DNA from: an uncultured Saprospiraceae bacterium
GTDB lineage: Bacteria > Bacteroidota > Bacteroidia > Chitinophagales > Saprospiraceae
Reading direction: 5' to 3'
Assembly: GCA_964571475.1 (NCBI GenBank)
Contig: CAZNCI010000002.1
Span: forward strand, 1-41,590
Length of the DNA stretch: 41,590 bases
Shown here: positions 26,721-35,482 of the stretch, in pieces
Layout of the letters: each line of letters opens with the position of its first letter
Position numbering within the stretch: position 1 is the stretch's first letter
Notes under the pieces: generated by a model
Seen by the model: only the letters and a program-made list of their open reading frames with translations
Database searches by the model: none
Told to the model about the DNA's origin: nothing
Position numbers and translations under genes: made by a program

Positions 26721-27857
26721 CTACCGGTCAATATCCGGCATCACTAAATCCAGCGTTGACATTGTCGCGACCAAGTCGGCTATTTTGCCCCCGGTTGCGA
26801 TATGATCCAACACAAATAAATTCGAGAATCCGGGAGAACGGAACTTCAGCCGATAAGGATTCTTCTTGCCATCACTAATAATATATACCCCCAACTCACC
26901 TCGCGCCGTCTCTACCCGTTGGAAAAAATCTCCCTTGGGTAATTTAATAACTGCATTGGTCTTTTCCTGAATAGCTCCTTCCGGAATATTATCAATCAAC
27001 TGCTCAATAATGCTAATAGACTCCCACATCTCCTGAATCCGGACCTTATATCGGGCAAACGCATCTCCTTCTGTAAATAAAATCTCTTTAAAGTCCACCT
27101 TATCATAGGCGTGGTAGGGCTTTTTCTTTCTTATGTCACAGGCAAAACCAGATGCCCTTCCCGCAGGGCCTGTCACCCCATAAGCAATAGCATCCTCCTT
27201 GGTAAGCACCCCTATGCCCTTCGTTCTTTCCTGAAAAATGACATTACCCGTCAATAATTCGTCGTATTCCGGCAATTTTGTTTTAAAATGCGCCAAAAAC
27301 TCCTTCGTTCGTTTTTGAAAATTAGGGTGAATATCCTGTGCCAAACCACCGGGAAGGTTGTAATTCATCGTCAAGCGTGCGCCACAGGTCTCTTCAAAGA
27401 TATCGGAGATCATTTCCCGGTCTCTAAAACCGTATAGGAAAGTTGTAATGGCTCCCAGGTCCATCCCCATCACTCCCCACCACAATTGATGAGAAGCCAA
27501 ACGGGTTAATTCGTCAATAATGGTTCGAATCACTTTTACACGATCAGACACCTCTATTTCCAGTGCATTTTCAACAGCTAAACAAACGGCTGCATTATTG
27601 ATATGACAGGAAAGATAATCCATCCTGTCCGTCAGATGTACAATTTGCCGATAACTATCCTTTTCGCACATTTTTTCAATAGAGCGGTGGATGTAGCCAA
27701 TATGTGGCTGAATATGCCTCACCGTTTCCCCGTCAATGGTTAAAACCAACCTAAGCACTCCGTGTGTTGAAGGGTGTTGAGGCCCCATATTCACAAAGTA
27801 CTCCTGACTCTCGAAGGGTTTGTTGGTATTCATTTTATTTTGTTCTGCAACTTCCAT
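26721..27857 (-). CDS. nuoD: NADH-quinone oxidoreductase subunit D
   Basis: 378 aa, NMGPQHPSTHGVLRL...DIDR C-terminus. It follows nuoC and is directly followed by nuoH after a 24-nt gap, so no nuoE/F/G lies between them. Confidence 0.9.
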   Translation of the reverse strand: MEVAEQNKMNTNKPFESQEYFVNMGPQHPSTHGVLRLVLTIDGETVRHIQPHIGYIHRSIEKMCEKDSYRQIVHLTDRMDYLSCHINNAAVCLAVENALEIEVSDRVKVIRTIIDELTRLASHQLWWGVMGMDLGAITTFLYGFRDREMISDIFEETCGARLTMNYNLPGGLAQDIHPNFQKRTKEFLAHFKTKLPEYDELLTGNVIFQERTKGIGVLTKEDAIAYGVTGPAGRASGFACDIRKKKPYHAYDKVDFKEILFTEGDAFARYKVRIQEMWESISIIEQLIDNIPEGAIQEKTNAVIKLPKGDFFQRVETARGELGVYIISDGKKNPYRLKFRSPGFSNLFVLDHIATGGKIADLVATMSTLDLVMPDIDR

Positions 27858-27879
27858 AAGTTACTAATATTTTTGCATT

Positions 27880-28338
27880 TTACATTTCTACGATATTCAC
27901 CTCGTCTTTATAATCCTTTCGCATAGGATAGCCCTCCCAATCCTCCGTCAATAACAATCGGCGAAGATCCGGATGATTGTTAAAGACGATTCCGTACAAA
28001 TCAAAAATTTCCCTTTCGTGAAACTCTGCCGTGGGCCAAATATCACAAACGGTATCAATCACCGGCTGCTCTCTATCTGCCGTTTTCACTTTCATCACGA
28101 TAATATGCCCGTGTGTACTAGACTCAAGATGATAAACCACCTCCAAACAACTGGGCCAATCCACCCCGGATTGACAGAATAGGTAATCAAAGGCTGTCGC
28201 CTGATTATCCTTCAGTTGTCGGGCAAATTGATGAAGCGATTCCCTCGGTACAACTACCTGCAAAAATGCCTGCTCTTCATCAAACTCTAATCCTTCCGCT
28301 AAGGGCGAAATTAATTTTATTAATGCTGCTTTGTCCAT
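27880..28338 (-). CDS. nuoC: NADH-quinone oxidoreductase subunit C
   Basis: 152 aa. The motif AEFHEREIFDLYGIVFNNHPDLRRLL is typical of NuoC (30-kDa subunit). Confidence 0.9.
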   Translation of the reverse strand: MDKAALIKLISPLAEGLEFDEEQAFLQVVVPRESLHQFARQLKDNQATAFDYLFCQSGVDWPSCLEVVYHLESSTHGHIIVMKVKTADREQPVIDTVCDIWPTAEFHEREIFDLYGIVFNNHPDLRRLLLTEDWEGYPMRKDYKDEVNIVEM

Positions 28339-28383
28339 AAAGCTATTTTTTCGTAATAGGTAAAATCATTTCTTTAGGTAACT

Positions 28384-28929
28384 CTAAAATCCTTCGTGAA
28401 AATGCTCATCGGGATTTTTTCGCTTGCCCATTTGTTCCGTTTTAATCTTCTTTTGTAATTCCATAATACCATAAAGCAAAGCCTCTGGACGAGGAGGACA
28501 TCCCGGAACATATACATCAACTGGAATGACATGATCTGCTCCTTTCACTACAGAATATGAATTATAAAAGAAAGGTCCACCAGAAATAGCACACGCCCCC
28601 ATTGCAATCACGTATTTAGGCTCTGCCATTTGATCGTACAAACGGCGAAGCACTGGTGCCATTTTATTAACAATTGTTCCAGCAATAACAATTAAGTCTG
28701 CCTGTCGGGGAGTCGCTCGTGCAACCTCCGTCCCAAAACGAGACCAGTCATGCCTTGCAGCACCGGTTGACATCATTTCGATTGCACAACAACTCGTGCC
28801 AAATGTTAGAGGCCATAAAGAGTTGGCTCGACTCCAATTGACGACTTTATCAATAGAGGTAATCAAAATATTCCCTCCATTTCCTGCGGGAATGATTGTC
28901 CCTATTTCATGTTTTTCAATATCACCCAT
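28384..28929 (-). CDS. nuoB: NADH-quinone oxidoreductase subunit B (N2 cluster)
   Basis: The motifs [27 protein letters not shown] and [11 protein letters not shown] are present. Confidence 0.9.
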   Translation of the reverse strand: MGDIEKHEIGTIIPAGNGGNILITSIDKVVNWSRANSLWPLTFGTSCCAIEMMSTGAARHDWSRFGTEVARATPRQADLIVIAGTIVNKMAPVLRRLYDQMAEPKYVIAMGACAISGGPFFYNSYSVVKGADHVIPVDVYVPGCPPRPEALLYGIMELQKKIKTEQMGKRKNPDEHFHEGF

Positions 28930-28966
28930 GATTATTCTGAATATTTAACCCATTAATAAACTGCTT

Positions 28967-29317
28967 CTACTCCCACTCTAAAGCTTTCTTTTTCCAGGCA
29001 TATAATAATCCCAAGCCCAATATGATTAAAAAGACCAAGGCCTCTGCAAAAGCAACCCCTCCTACTTTCTTCATCACAACAGCCCAAGGGACTAGAAACA
29101 CCATTTCTACATCAAAAACCAAAAATAAAATGGCAAAGAGATAATAACCTACTTTAAACTGCACGTGCGTAGGACCTTCGGTTGACACACCACATTCGTA
29201 AGGATCTTCTTTATGCTCGTTTGTTGACCGGGGTGCTAATAATGACGAGGCAATCATAGCCCCACCAACAAATACCACTCCAGCGACAAAAAATACTAAT
29301 ATTGCTTCTAGTCCCAT
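28967..29317 (-). CDS. nuoA: NADH-quinone oxidoreductase subunit A
   Basis: 116 aa with 3 TM segments and the motif YECG.....FKVGYYLFAILFLVFDVE. Confidence 0.9.
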   Translation of the reverse strand: MGLEAILVFFVAGVVFVGGAMIASSLLAPRSTNEHKEDPYECGVSTEGPTHVQFKVGYYLFAILFLVFDVEMVFLVPWAVVMKKVGGVAFAEALVFLIILGLGLLYAWKKKALEWE

Positions 29318-29340
29318 TGGATATATTCTTTAATTATTAA

Positions 29341-30345
29341 TTAATCAACTGTCCATGTGTCTCCGGAAAGCAATAAGTCATCAACAGATTTAAACTTAGA
29401 ATTAGCTTTCACCTGCTCCATCTGCTCTCCAACTCTATCCCCAAGTGTTAAATCTCCTACACTTCTGATAATACCCATCGCCATCGGTGACTGCATACGT
29501 GCCAACATGGAGTGTAATGTCATATCAGGATCCTTCGCATCGTGTACCAAAATATCAGCTTCCGTCACGCCATCTTCTCCGATGGTGACTACTTCCAGTT
29601 TTAGACCATTTAGTCGAATACCTTTATTCTTTTCTTTTCCAAAAATCATTGGCTTGCCGTGTTCTAACCACAATTGCTGGTCATCACGCACGTCCTTATG
29701 AACCGTTCCGTCAAAGACACCATCGTTAAAGATGACGCAATTTTGCAACACTTCGATCACGGAGGTTCCATGAAAAGCTTCCGCCTCTACAAAAGTAGCG
29801 GTTAATTCCTTAGGTCTGTTACCCGGAATACGTGCAAAAAAGCGCGAATTAGCCCCCAACGCCAATGTCGCCGGATGAAATGGTTGTTGTGTATTTCCGT
29901 AAGGGGAAGATTTTGTTTTCAAGCCTAACTCTGTGGTAGGAGAAAACTGCCCCTTGGTCAAACCATAAATCTCATTATTGAAAAGAATCAAATTTAGGTT
30001 AATATTTCTACGAATGACGTGGATGAAGTGGTTGCCACCAATCGCCATAGAGTCGCCATCACCGGTAATCACCCAGACACTTAAATCAGGATTAGCCAAT
30101 TTGACACCCGTTGCAATCGCAGGGGCGCGTCCATGAATACTATGAACGCCATAGGTATTCATATAATAAGGGAAACGGGAAGAACAGCCGATTCCAGAAA
30201 TAAAAGCAAATTTTTCTTTCTTGACCCCCATTAGAGGCAATGCTTTTTGTACCGATCTCAAGATGACATAATCATCACAACCGGGACACCAGCGCACTTC
30301 CTGATCGCTGGCCATATCTTTATAAGTATAAATAGGATTTTCCAT
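29341..30345 (-). CDS. korB: 2-oxoglutarate:ferredoxin oxidoreductase, beta (TPP-binding) subunit
   Basis: 334 aa. It has an N-terminal WCPGCDDY motif and the TPP motif GDGDSMAIGGNH. Its stop lies 23 nt before the nuoA ATG. Confidence 0.85.
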   Translation of the reverse strand: MENPIYTYKDMASDQEVRWCPGCDDYVILRSVQKALPLMGVKKEKFAFISGIGCSSRFPYYMNTYGVHSIHGRAPAIATGVKLANPDLSVWVITGDGDSMAIGGNHFIHVIRRNINLNLILFNNEIYGLTKGQFSPTTELGLKTKSSPYGNTQQPFHPATLALGANSRFFARIPGNRPKELTATFVEAEAFHGTSVIEVLQNCVIFNDGVFDGTVHKDVRDDQQLWLEHGKPMIFGKEKNKGIRLNGLKLEVVTIGEDGVTEADILVHDAKDPDMTLHSMLARMQSPMAMGIIRSVGDLTLGDRVGEQMEQVKANSKFKSVDDLLLSGDTWTVD

Positions 30346-30377
30346 TTTTTTTATCTTTTTTTTATGACAAGTGATGA

Positions 30378-32255
30378 TTAATCATTCTTGAGTGATTGAT
30401 TGAATTTTTGTACCAACTCCATTATGGTAAATGGCAGCCCCTGTATTTTATTATACTTCAAAAAAGTATTGTCAGGGTATCTGGATTGTAATACGGATGC
30501 CATCTGACCCAAATTCAATTCACATACAAGAATCTTCTTAAATCTACTGAATACTTCTGCTGTATTCTTAGGCATTGGGTTGATATAATTAAAATGTACA
30601 TAACCAACCTTATCGCCCGTTTCATTCATATAGTTGACAGCCGTATGAAGACTACCATAGGTTCCTCCCCAGCCTACAATCAGCAAATCTCCTGATTGAG
30701 CCCCCTCAACATTCAACTCCGGGATATAATTCTCTACTCTTCTAATTTTTTCTGATCGCACCTTCGTCATCTCTTCGTGATTCTTAGGCACATAAGACAC
30801 ATTACCAGTCAGCTGGTCTTTTTCCAATCCACCAATTCGGTGTTCCAAACCTTCTGTGCCGGGAATCGCCCACTCTCTGGCAAGCGTTTCTTTATCTCTT
30901 TTGTATGGCATCCACTGCTCACCTTCTTTATATACCGCTATCGGAGGAGTAATAGAAGGCATATCCGCCATCGTCTTAATCCTCCAAGGTTCTGAGCCAT
31001 TCGCAATATATCCATCCGTCATTAAAATAACAGGAGTCATGTGCTCAAGCGCCAATCGTGAAGCTTCATAAGCAAAGTCAAAACAGTTGGCAGGGGTGCT
31101 TGCCGCAACGACAATTGTTGGGCTATCCCCATTTCGGCCATAAAGCACCTGAAATAAATCCGACTGCTCCGTTTTGGTAGGAAGACCTGTTGACGGGCCT
31201 CCTCGCTGTACATTGACAATTACGATGGGCAATTCTGTAATGGTTGCCAATCCAATGGCTTCCCCTTTCAATGCCAAACCAGGACCGGAAGTTGTTGTGA
31301 TAGCCAAATCACCGGCAAAAGCTGCTCCAATGGCAGAACAGATACCCGCGATTTCATCCTCTGCCTGAAATGTTTTCACACCAAAGTGCTCGTGCTTTGA
31401 CAATTCGTGTAAGATATCAGAAGCAGGTGTAATAGGATAAGATCCAAGGAACAGTTCTAAATTTGCTTTTTCTGCTGCGGCAATAAATCCCCAGGCGGTT
31501 GCTGCGTTACCCATAACGATTCGGTACTTACCCGGTTTCATCGTTGCAGGAAGGATCGTGTGCTTAGAAGGCAATAATTCAAGTGTATCCGCATAATTAA
31601 ATCCGGCGCGCAACACACGAATATTAGACTCAACAATCTTTGGCTTTTTCGCAAATTTCTTTTTGATGAAATGCTCGGTATGATCCAAAGGCCTGCTAAA
31701 CATCCAAAAGACCATACCCAAAGCAAACATATTCTTGCTTCGATTCATGGCTTTATTATCCAAGCCCATATCCAAAATCGCTGATCGGGAAAGTGTAGTT
31801 ATATCTACCTGAATTACCTTATAATTGTCTAAACTCCCATCTTCCAGCGGATTTGAGGAATATTCAGCTTTTGCTAAATTCTTCTTGGTAAAACTATCCG
31901 TGTCAATGATTAATGTCTTCCCGGGAGGAAGTGCTTCCAAATTTGTTTTTAACGCTGCAGGATTCATTGCTACTAATACATCAACATCATCACCCGGTGT
32001 GCTAACTTCACTATGTCCAATATGAACCTGAAAGCCTGAAACGCCATAAACGCTCCCTTGAGGTGCTCTAATCTCCGCAGGATAATTTGGGAAGGTAGAA
32101 ATGTCATTTCCCAAAAGCGCTGAGGTCTCTGTGAATTGAGTGCCTGTCAATTGCATCCCATCTCCTGAATCCCCAACAAACCTAATAACAACACTATCTA
32201 ACGCGTTGATTTCAGCTTCGCTGCTTGGAGTTGTTTTTATTTTTTCAACTGCCAT
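30378..32255 (-). CDS. korA: 2-oxoglutarate:ferredoxin oxidoreductase, alpha (fused gamma-alpha) subunit
   Basis: 625 aa. The N-terminal gamma-like domain is FVGDSGDGMQLTG. The alpha domain is GSYPITPASDILHEL...TTSGPGLALKGEAIG...VQRGGPSTGLPTKTEQSDL. Confidence 0.85.
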   Translation of the reverse strand: MAVEKIKTTPSSEAEINALDSVVIRFVGDSGDGMQLTGTQFTETSALLGNDISTFPNYPAEIRAPQGSVYGVSGFQVHIGHSEVSTPGDDVDVLVAMNPAALKTNLEALPPGKTLIIDTDSFTKKNLAKAEYSSNPLEDGSLDNYKVIQVDITTLSRSAILDMGLDNKAMNRSKNMFALGMVFWMFSRPLDHTEHFIKKKFAKKPKIVESNIRVLRAGFNYADTLELLPSKHTILPATMKPGKYRIVMGNAATAWGFIAAAEKANLELFLGSYPITPASDILHELSKHEHFGVKTFQAEDEIAGICSAIGAAFAGDLAITTTSGPGLALKGEAIGLATITELPIVIVNVQRGGPSTGLPTKTEQSDLFQVLYGRNGDSPTIVVAASTPANCFDFAYEASRLALEHMTPVILMTDGYIANGSEPWRIKTMADMPSITPPIAVYKEGEQWMPYKRDKETLAREWAIPGTEGLEHRIGGLEKDQLTGNVSYVPKNHEEMTKVRSEKIRRVENYIPELNVEGAQSGDLLIVGWGGTYGSLHTAVNYMNETGDKVGYVHFNYINPMPKNTAEVFSRFKKILVCELNLGQMASVLQSRYPDNTFLKYNKIQGLPFTIMELVQKFNQSLKND

Positions 32256-32478
32256 AATAATTTGGTATTTACTTGTTATTAATTTGAGGGGCTAATGTAG
32301 GTATTCACTAGGAAATAACAAACTTCCATAAGGTAATTTTAGGTAATATCCTAATTTATACTGAATCTAAATTAGACAAAAATATTAAAAATATCTTTAC
32401 AATGAGTAGAAAGCTTATTAATCTTGCAATCGAATCCTTTATAAGGAGGTATTTTCTAATCAAATTAACAAAACAATT

Positions 32479-32829
32479 ATGGCAATTATAATAACAGATG
32501 AGTGCATCAATTGTGATGCTTGTATCTCAGAATGTCCCAATAATGCAATTTATGAACCGGATGAGGAATGGTCTTATGCTGATGGAACAGCTTTAAGTGG
32601 CTCGATAGAATTACCTGGTGGCGGAACAGCTGATGCTGATGAAAAGCATGAACCTATCTCAGATGAATTCTACTTCATTGTTACTGATAAGTGTACGGAA
32701 TGTAAAGGTTTCCATGATGAACCTCAATGTGCTTCAGTTTGTCCTGTTGACTGTTGTGTTCCCGATGAGGATCACGAAGAGGATGAAGATACACTAATGA
32801 AGAAAAAAGTATGGATGCACGGAGAATAA
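32479..32829 (+). CDS. YfhL/Alvin-type 2x[4Fe-4S] ferredoxin with a roughly 35-aa internal insertion
   Basis: Motif 1 is CINCDACISECP. Motif 2 is CTECKGFHDEPQCASVCP (CxxCx8CxxxCP). The inter-motif spacer is 52 aa, against about 17 aa in E. coli YfhL as I remember it. The gene is transcribed divergently from korA. Confidence 0.85.
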   Translation: MAIIITDECINCDACISECPNNAIYEPDEEWSYADGTALSGSIELPGGGTADADEKHEPISDEFYFIVTDKCTECKGFHDEPQCASVCPVDCCVPDEDHEEDEDTLMKKKVWMHGE

Positions 32830-32856
32830 GCTCCTAAATAAATTTTTTCTTTCTAT

Positions 32857-32904
32857 AAAACGCCTTTAAATTTATCTGACTAAATTTGAAGGCGTTTTTT
32901 TTAT
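32857..32904 (+). terminator. Rho-independent terminator of the ferredoxin gene
   Basis: AACGCCTTTAAATTT pairs with AAATTTGAAGGCGTT as a 15-bp stem with one G:U pair. It is followed by T8. Confidence 0.8.
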
Positions 32905-32980
32905 TTTTAAATTTATTTTAAAATATATTGTCTTTTTTGCAACCTAGTTCGTTAATCCCCGTAACAAATAAAACATAATA

Positions 32981-33023
32981 TAGATTAGATCTTTTACGTA
33001 GATCTTTTTTTGATTGTAGATCA
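32981..33023 (+). repeat. Cluster of TAGAT(C) direct repeats (iteron-like)
   Basis: The copies are TAGAT at 32981, TAGATCT at 32986, TAGATCT at 32999 and TAGATCA at 33017. They are interleaved with the small palindromes AGATCT, TACGTA and AAGCTT. Confidence 0.6.
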
Positions 33024-33278
33024 AGCTTGAGAGTCTAGTGGCTCAAGAACTAAGTCTTTGGTACCATAGAAGAAGTTATTTTTTGCATGATTTGTATTGG
33101 TGAAACCGGAGTTATGCCATAGCGTAATGAGGATTTCCCCAATACGAAGCAGGTGAAAAAGAACGATTCAATGGTGCTAAAAACTTAATGCCGGAGGCAC
33201 CAACATACCTTTATGCACACCTCTCTTAAACCGAGCCAGTAATTAATTTTTAAGCCAGTTTGATTTTACAGAAACACT

Positions 33279-33617
33279 ATGAACACTTTTATGAAAGGAG
33301 ACGATGCGTTTCCATCTAGAGATTGGTCGATGTTGCCCAATGCATTAGCGACATTAGAGTCAATCATCCATCCTCAGAACAAAATAATTTTTGACCTTCT
33401 ATTAACAGAAGGAGAGGTTGAACACCATGAATTACTTCAAAAAACAGGTCTTAATCCTCGTCAATTCAAACGCAGGATAGATCGACTTTTAAAGTATGAC
33501 CTAATCCATAAATTTAGCGGAATATCACAGACTTTTTACGCAATTAAAGATTCGCGTATGGATATGATTTACAAAAACAGCATCACCATTATCCACAATA
33601 CATTGTCAGTGATTTGA
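33279..33617 (+). CDS. Small winged-helix (ArsR/MarR-like) DNA-binding protein
   Basis: 112 aa. The pattern HPQNKIIFDLLLTEGEVEHHELLQKTGLNPRQFKRRIDRLLKYDLIHKF...TFYAI fits a helix-turn-helix plus wing. The gene is monocistronic between two terminators. Confidence 0.6.
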   Translation: MNTFMKGDDAFPSRDWSMLPNALATLESIIHPQNKIIFDLLLTEGEVEHHELLQKTGLNPRQFKRRIDRLLKYDLIHKFSGISQTFYAIKDSRMDMIYKNSITIIHNTLSVI

Positions 33618-33640
33618 TAGGTATTCACTGCCGTGCAATA

Positions 33641-33694
33641 AAAAAACTCACTGGAAAATTTTTAGTCTAAATGACACTCCAGTGAGTTTTTTAT
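33641..33694. terminator. Bidirectional terminator (wHTH gene on +, serA-like gene on -)
   Basis: AACTCACTGGA (33645-33655) pairs with TCCAGTGAGTT (33678-33688). It is flanked by an A-run upstream and a T-run downstream. Confidence 0.75.
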
Positions 33695-33700
33695 TATCTC

Positions 33701-34648
33701 CTAAGAAAAATAAGCGATTAATTTATCTGCCAATTCCATTCCAATATTAGTTTGGGCTTCGACCGTTGAGCCACCAATATGTGGGGATACGGATATTAGC
33801 GGATGATTTAATAAGTCTTTTCCAGGTGTGGGCTCATCTTCAAATACATCTATTGCAGCAAATCCAATTTCACCCTTGTCCAATGCATCCAATAAGGCAG
33901 TTTCATCGATCATGCCTCCACGTGAAGTATTGATAATGGTCGCAGTTGGTTTCATCAATTGAAGTTCGTATTCGCCTATAATAGCTCCATTGGAAGTAGG
34001 AACGTGAATAGAAATAAAGTCACTATTTCGCAACATGGTATCCATATCAACAGTTGGCACTTTCACTGCCAACTTTATTTGATTGCTTTGATATAAGTTC
34101 AAATCAATGGCTACATCCAAATCCGGCAATAAATCAACGGGAAGGATATTCATACCCATTCCTATTCCAATCCTTGCGGTCTCTCTTCCTATTCGTCCAA
34201 AACCAATAATTCCCAACGTCTTACCTCTCAATTGAAAACCTTTGGAATATGCTTTTTTTAATTGCTTAAAATCTCCATCCTTCATATCTCGATTAGCCTG
34301 ATGCAAATATCTCGCTACATTAAACATATGGCCAAACACCAATTCTGCGACTGCCTCTGATGAAGCTGCGGGGGTATTCATCACCTCCCTGCCGATCGAC
34401 CTTGCGTACTCATGGTCGATATTATCGAGTCCTACACCTGCTCTGGCAATCACCTTTAAATTGGGGCAGTGGTCAATTAATTCTTTGCGTACCTTTGTGG
34501 CACTCCTTACAATAATAGCATCATAATCCGGCAATTTATCCATTAAGTCATCCTGAGCTATTTTTTCGGTATCAACCTGAAAGCCTGATTCTTCTAAAAG
34601 AAATTTTGCATCTGGATGAATTCCATCATTTGCTAAAATTTTTATCAT
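33701..34648 (-). CDS. serA: D-3-phosphoglycerate dehydrogenase / D-isomer 2-hydroxyacid dehydrogenase (short form, no ACT domain)
   Basis: 315 aa. The NAD motif is GIIGFGRIGRE. The catalytic region is NTSRGG..DE.AL..AL..G....AAIDVFE.EP and SPHIGGST. Confidence 0.75.
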   Translation of the reverse strand: MIKILANDGIHPDAKFLLEESGFQVDTEKIAQDDLMDKLPDYDAIIVRSATKVRKELIDHCPNLKVIARAGVGLDNIDHEYARSIGREVMNTPAASSEAVAELVFGHMFNVARYLHQANRDMKDGDFKQLKKAYSKGFQLRGKTLGIIGFGRIGRETARIGIGMGMNILPVDLLPDLDVAIDLNLYQSNQIKLAVKVPTVDMDTMLRNSDFISIHVPTSNGAIIGEYELQLMKPTATIINTSRGGMIDETALLDALDKGEIGFAAIDVFEDEPTPGKDLLNHPLISVSPHIGGSTVEAQTNIGMELADKLIAYFS

Positions 34649-34794
34649 GATAAGTTTTTTTATTTATTTATTTAGATGTGTTGATTATTTGATCTATTTC
34701 CTTAGCGGTCACGCCCTAAACGAGCGCAAATTTTAAAAAAATTATAGCATAAACACAAATCAAAAAGTATTTTTTATTTTTTTATTGAGTCTGA

Positions 34795-34842
34795 ATCAAA
34801 AAAGTCGAAACAGAATCAACTTCTATTTCGACTTTTTATTTC
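34795..34842 (-). terminator. Rho-independent terminator of the 34862-35323 gene
   Basis: AGTCGAAA (34803-34810) pairs with TTTCGACT (34826-34833). An A-run on the + side gives a U-tract on the minus transcript. Confidence 0.6.
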
Positions 34843-34861
34843 TATTTATATTGGTGCTGAC

Positions 34862-35323
34862 TCAATTAGACCGTTGTACAAAGGTCGGGAAAGAAGCTCC
34901 TGTATAATGGTTGAAATTCTTCCCACTTTTTAATGGAAATTGATAATTTCTGGTAAAACTGGAAAAGAAGGCAGTTAATTCTTCGGTCTTTACATTTCGA
35001 GAATCAGGACGAAGGATATACCCTATATGGTCCACCTTGCCATCAGCTGCCCAAAATACGTGAATCCAAACTTTCACTCCTTTGAGATCATAACGTACTC
35101 TATTGGAGTAATCATCCATGGCGGACATCATGTCAATCCAATAATTGAATGCTTTTTTGATATCATTCCCAGATGCTTCTAGAAGTGACTGTGAGTATTG
35201 TTGGGTTAAATATTCATAATTTTTTTCATTTTCACCTAAAACAAAAACGGTAGGTGAATCGGTTTGGCTAAAGCCTAATTGAGAGATAAAAAGTAGGGAC
35301 AAAATTGAAAATAACAGTTTCAT
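34862..35323 (-). CDS. Hypothetical secreted protein
   Basis: 153 aa with signal peptide MKLLFSILSLLFISQLGFSQ. I recognise no family. Confidence 0.6.
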   Translation of the reverse strand: MKLLFSILSLLFISQLGFSQTDSPTVFVLGENEKNYEYLTQQYSQSLLEASGNDIKKAFNYWIDMMSAMDDYSNRVRYDLKGVKVWIHVFWAADGKVDHIGYILRPDSRNVKTEELTAFFSSFTRNYQFPLKSGKNFNHYTGASFPTFVQRSN

Positions 35324-35482
35324 TCGTTGTATTTAAATTATTAATATAAGCCGTAAAGACTTAGCTTGTCTCTACAAAAGTAGCTATAAATAGGTAATAA
35401 TACAAGTATTAAAATACTGGAGTAAAGAATTTCGGCCCTCTTTCTTAACATATATAATCCAAAGTTATCTTAATTTCGCGCC

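Noticed and set aside
32377-32384. Minus-strand TATTTTTG as the korA promoter -7 box. A similar match lies at 11342-11349 for the thioredoxin operon.
   Set aside because: These match TAnnTTTG. In such A/T-rich spacers the motif is expected by chance, and no -33 TTTG sits at the proper spacing. The match is too weak to list as a feature.
32941-32965. tRNA-like T-arm (AGTTCGTTAATCCCC)
   Set aside because: The sequence deviates from GGTTCGAATCC. The upstream 60 nt are A/T-rich, with no acceptor, D or anticodon stems.
32981-33023. TAGATCT repeats as a mini-CRISPR array
   Set aside because: The repeats are only 5-7 nt long with irregular spacers of 0-11 nt (repeat starts 5, 13 and 18 nt apart). 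No cas genes are present.
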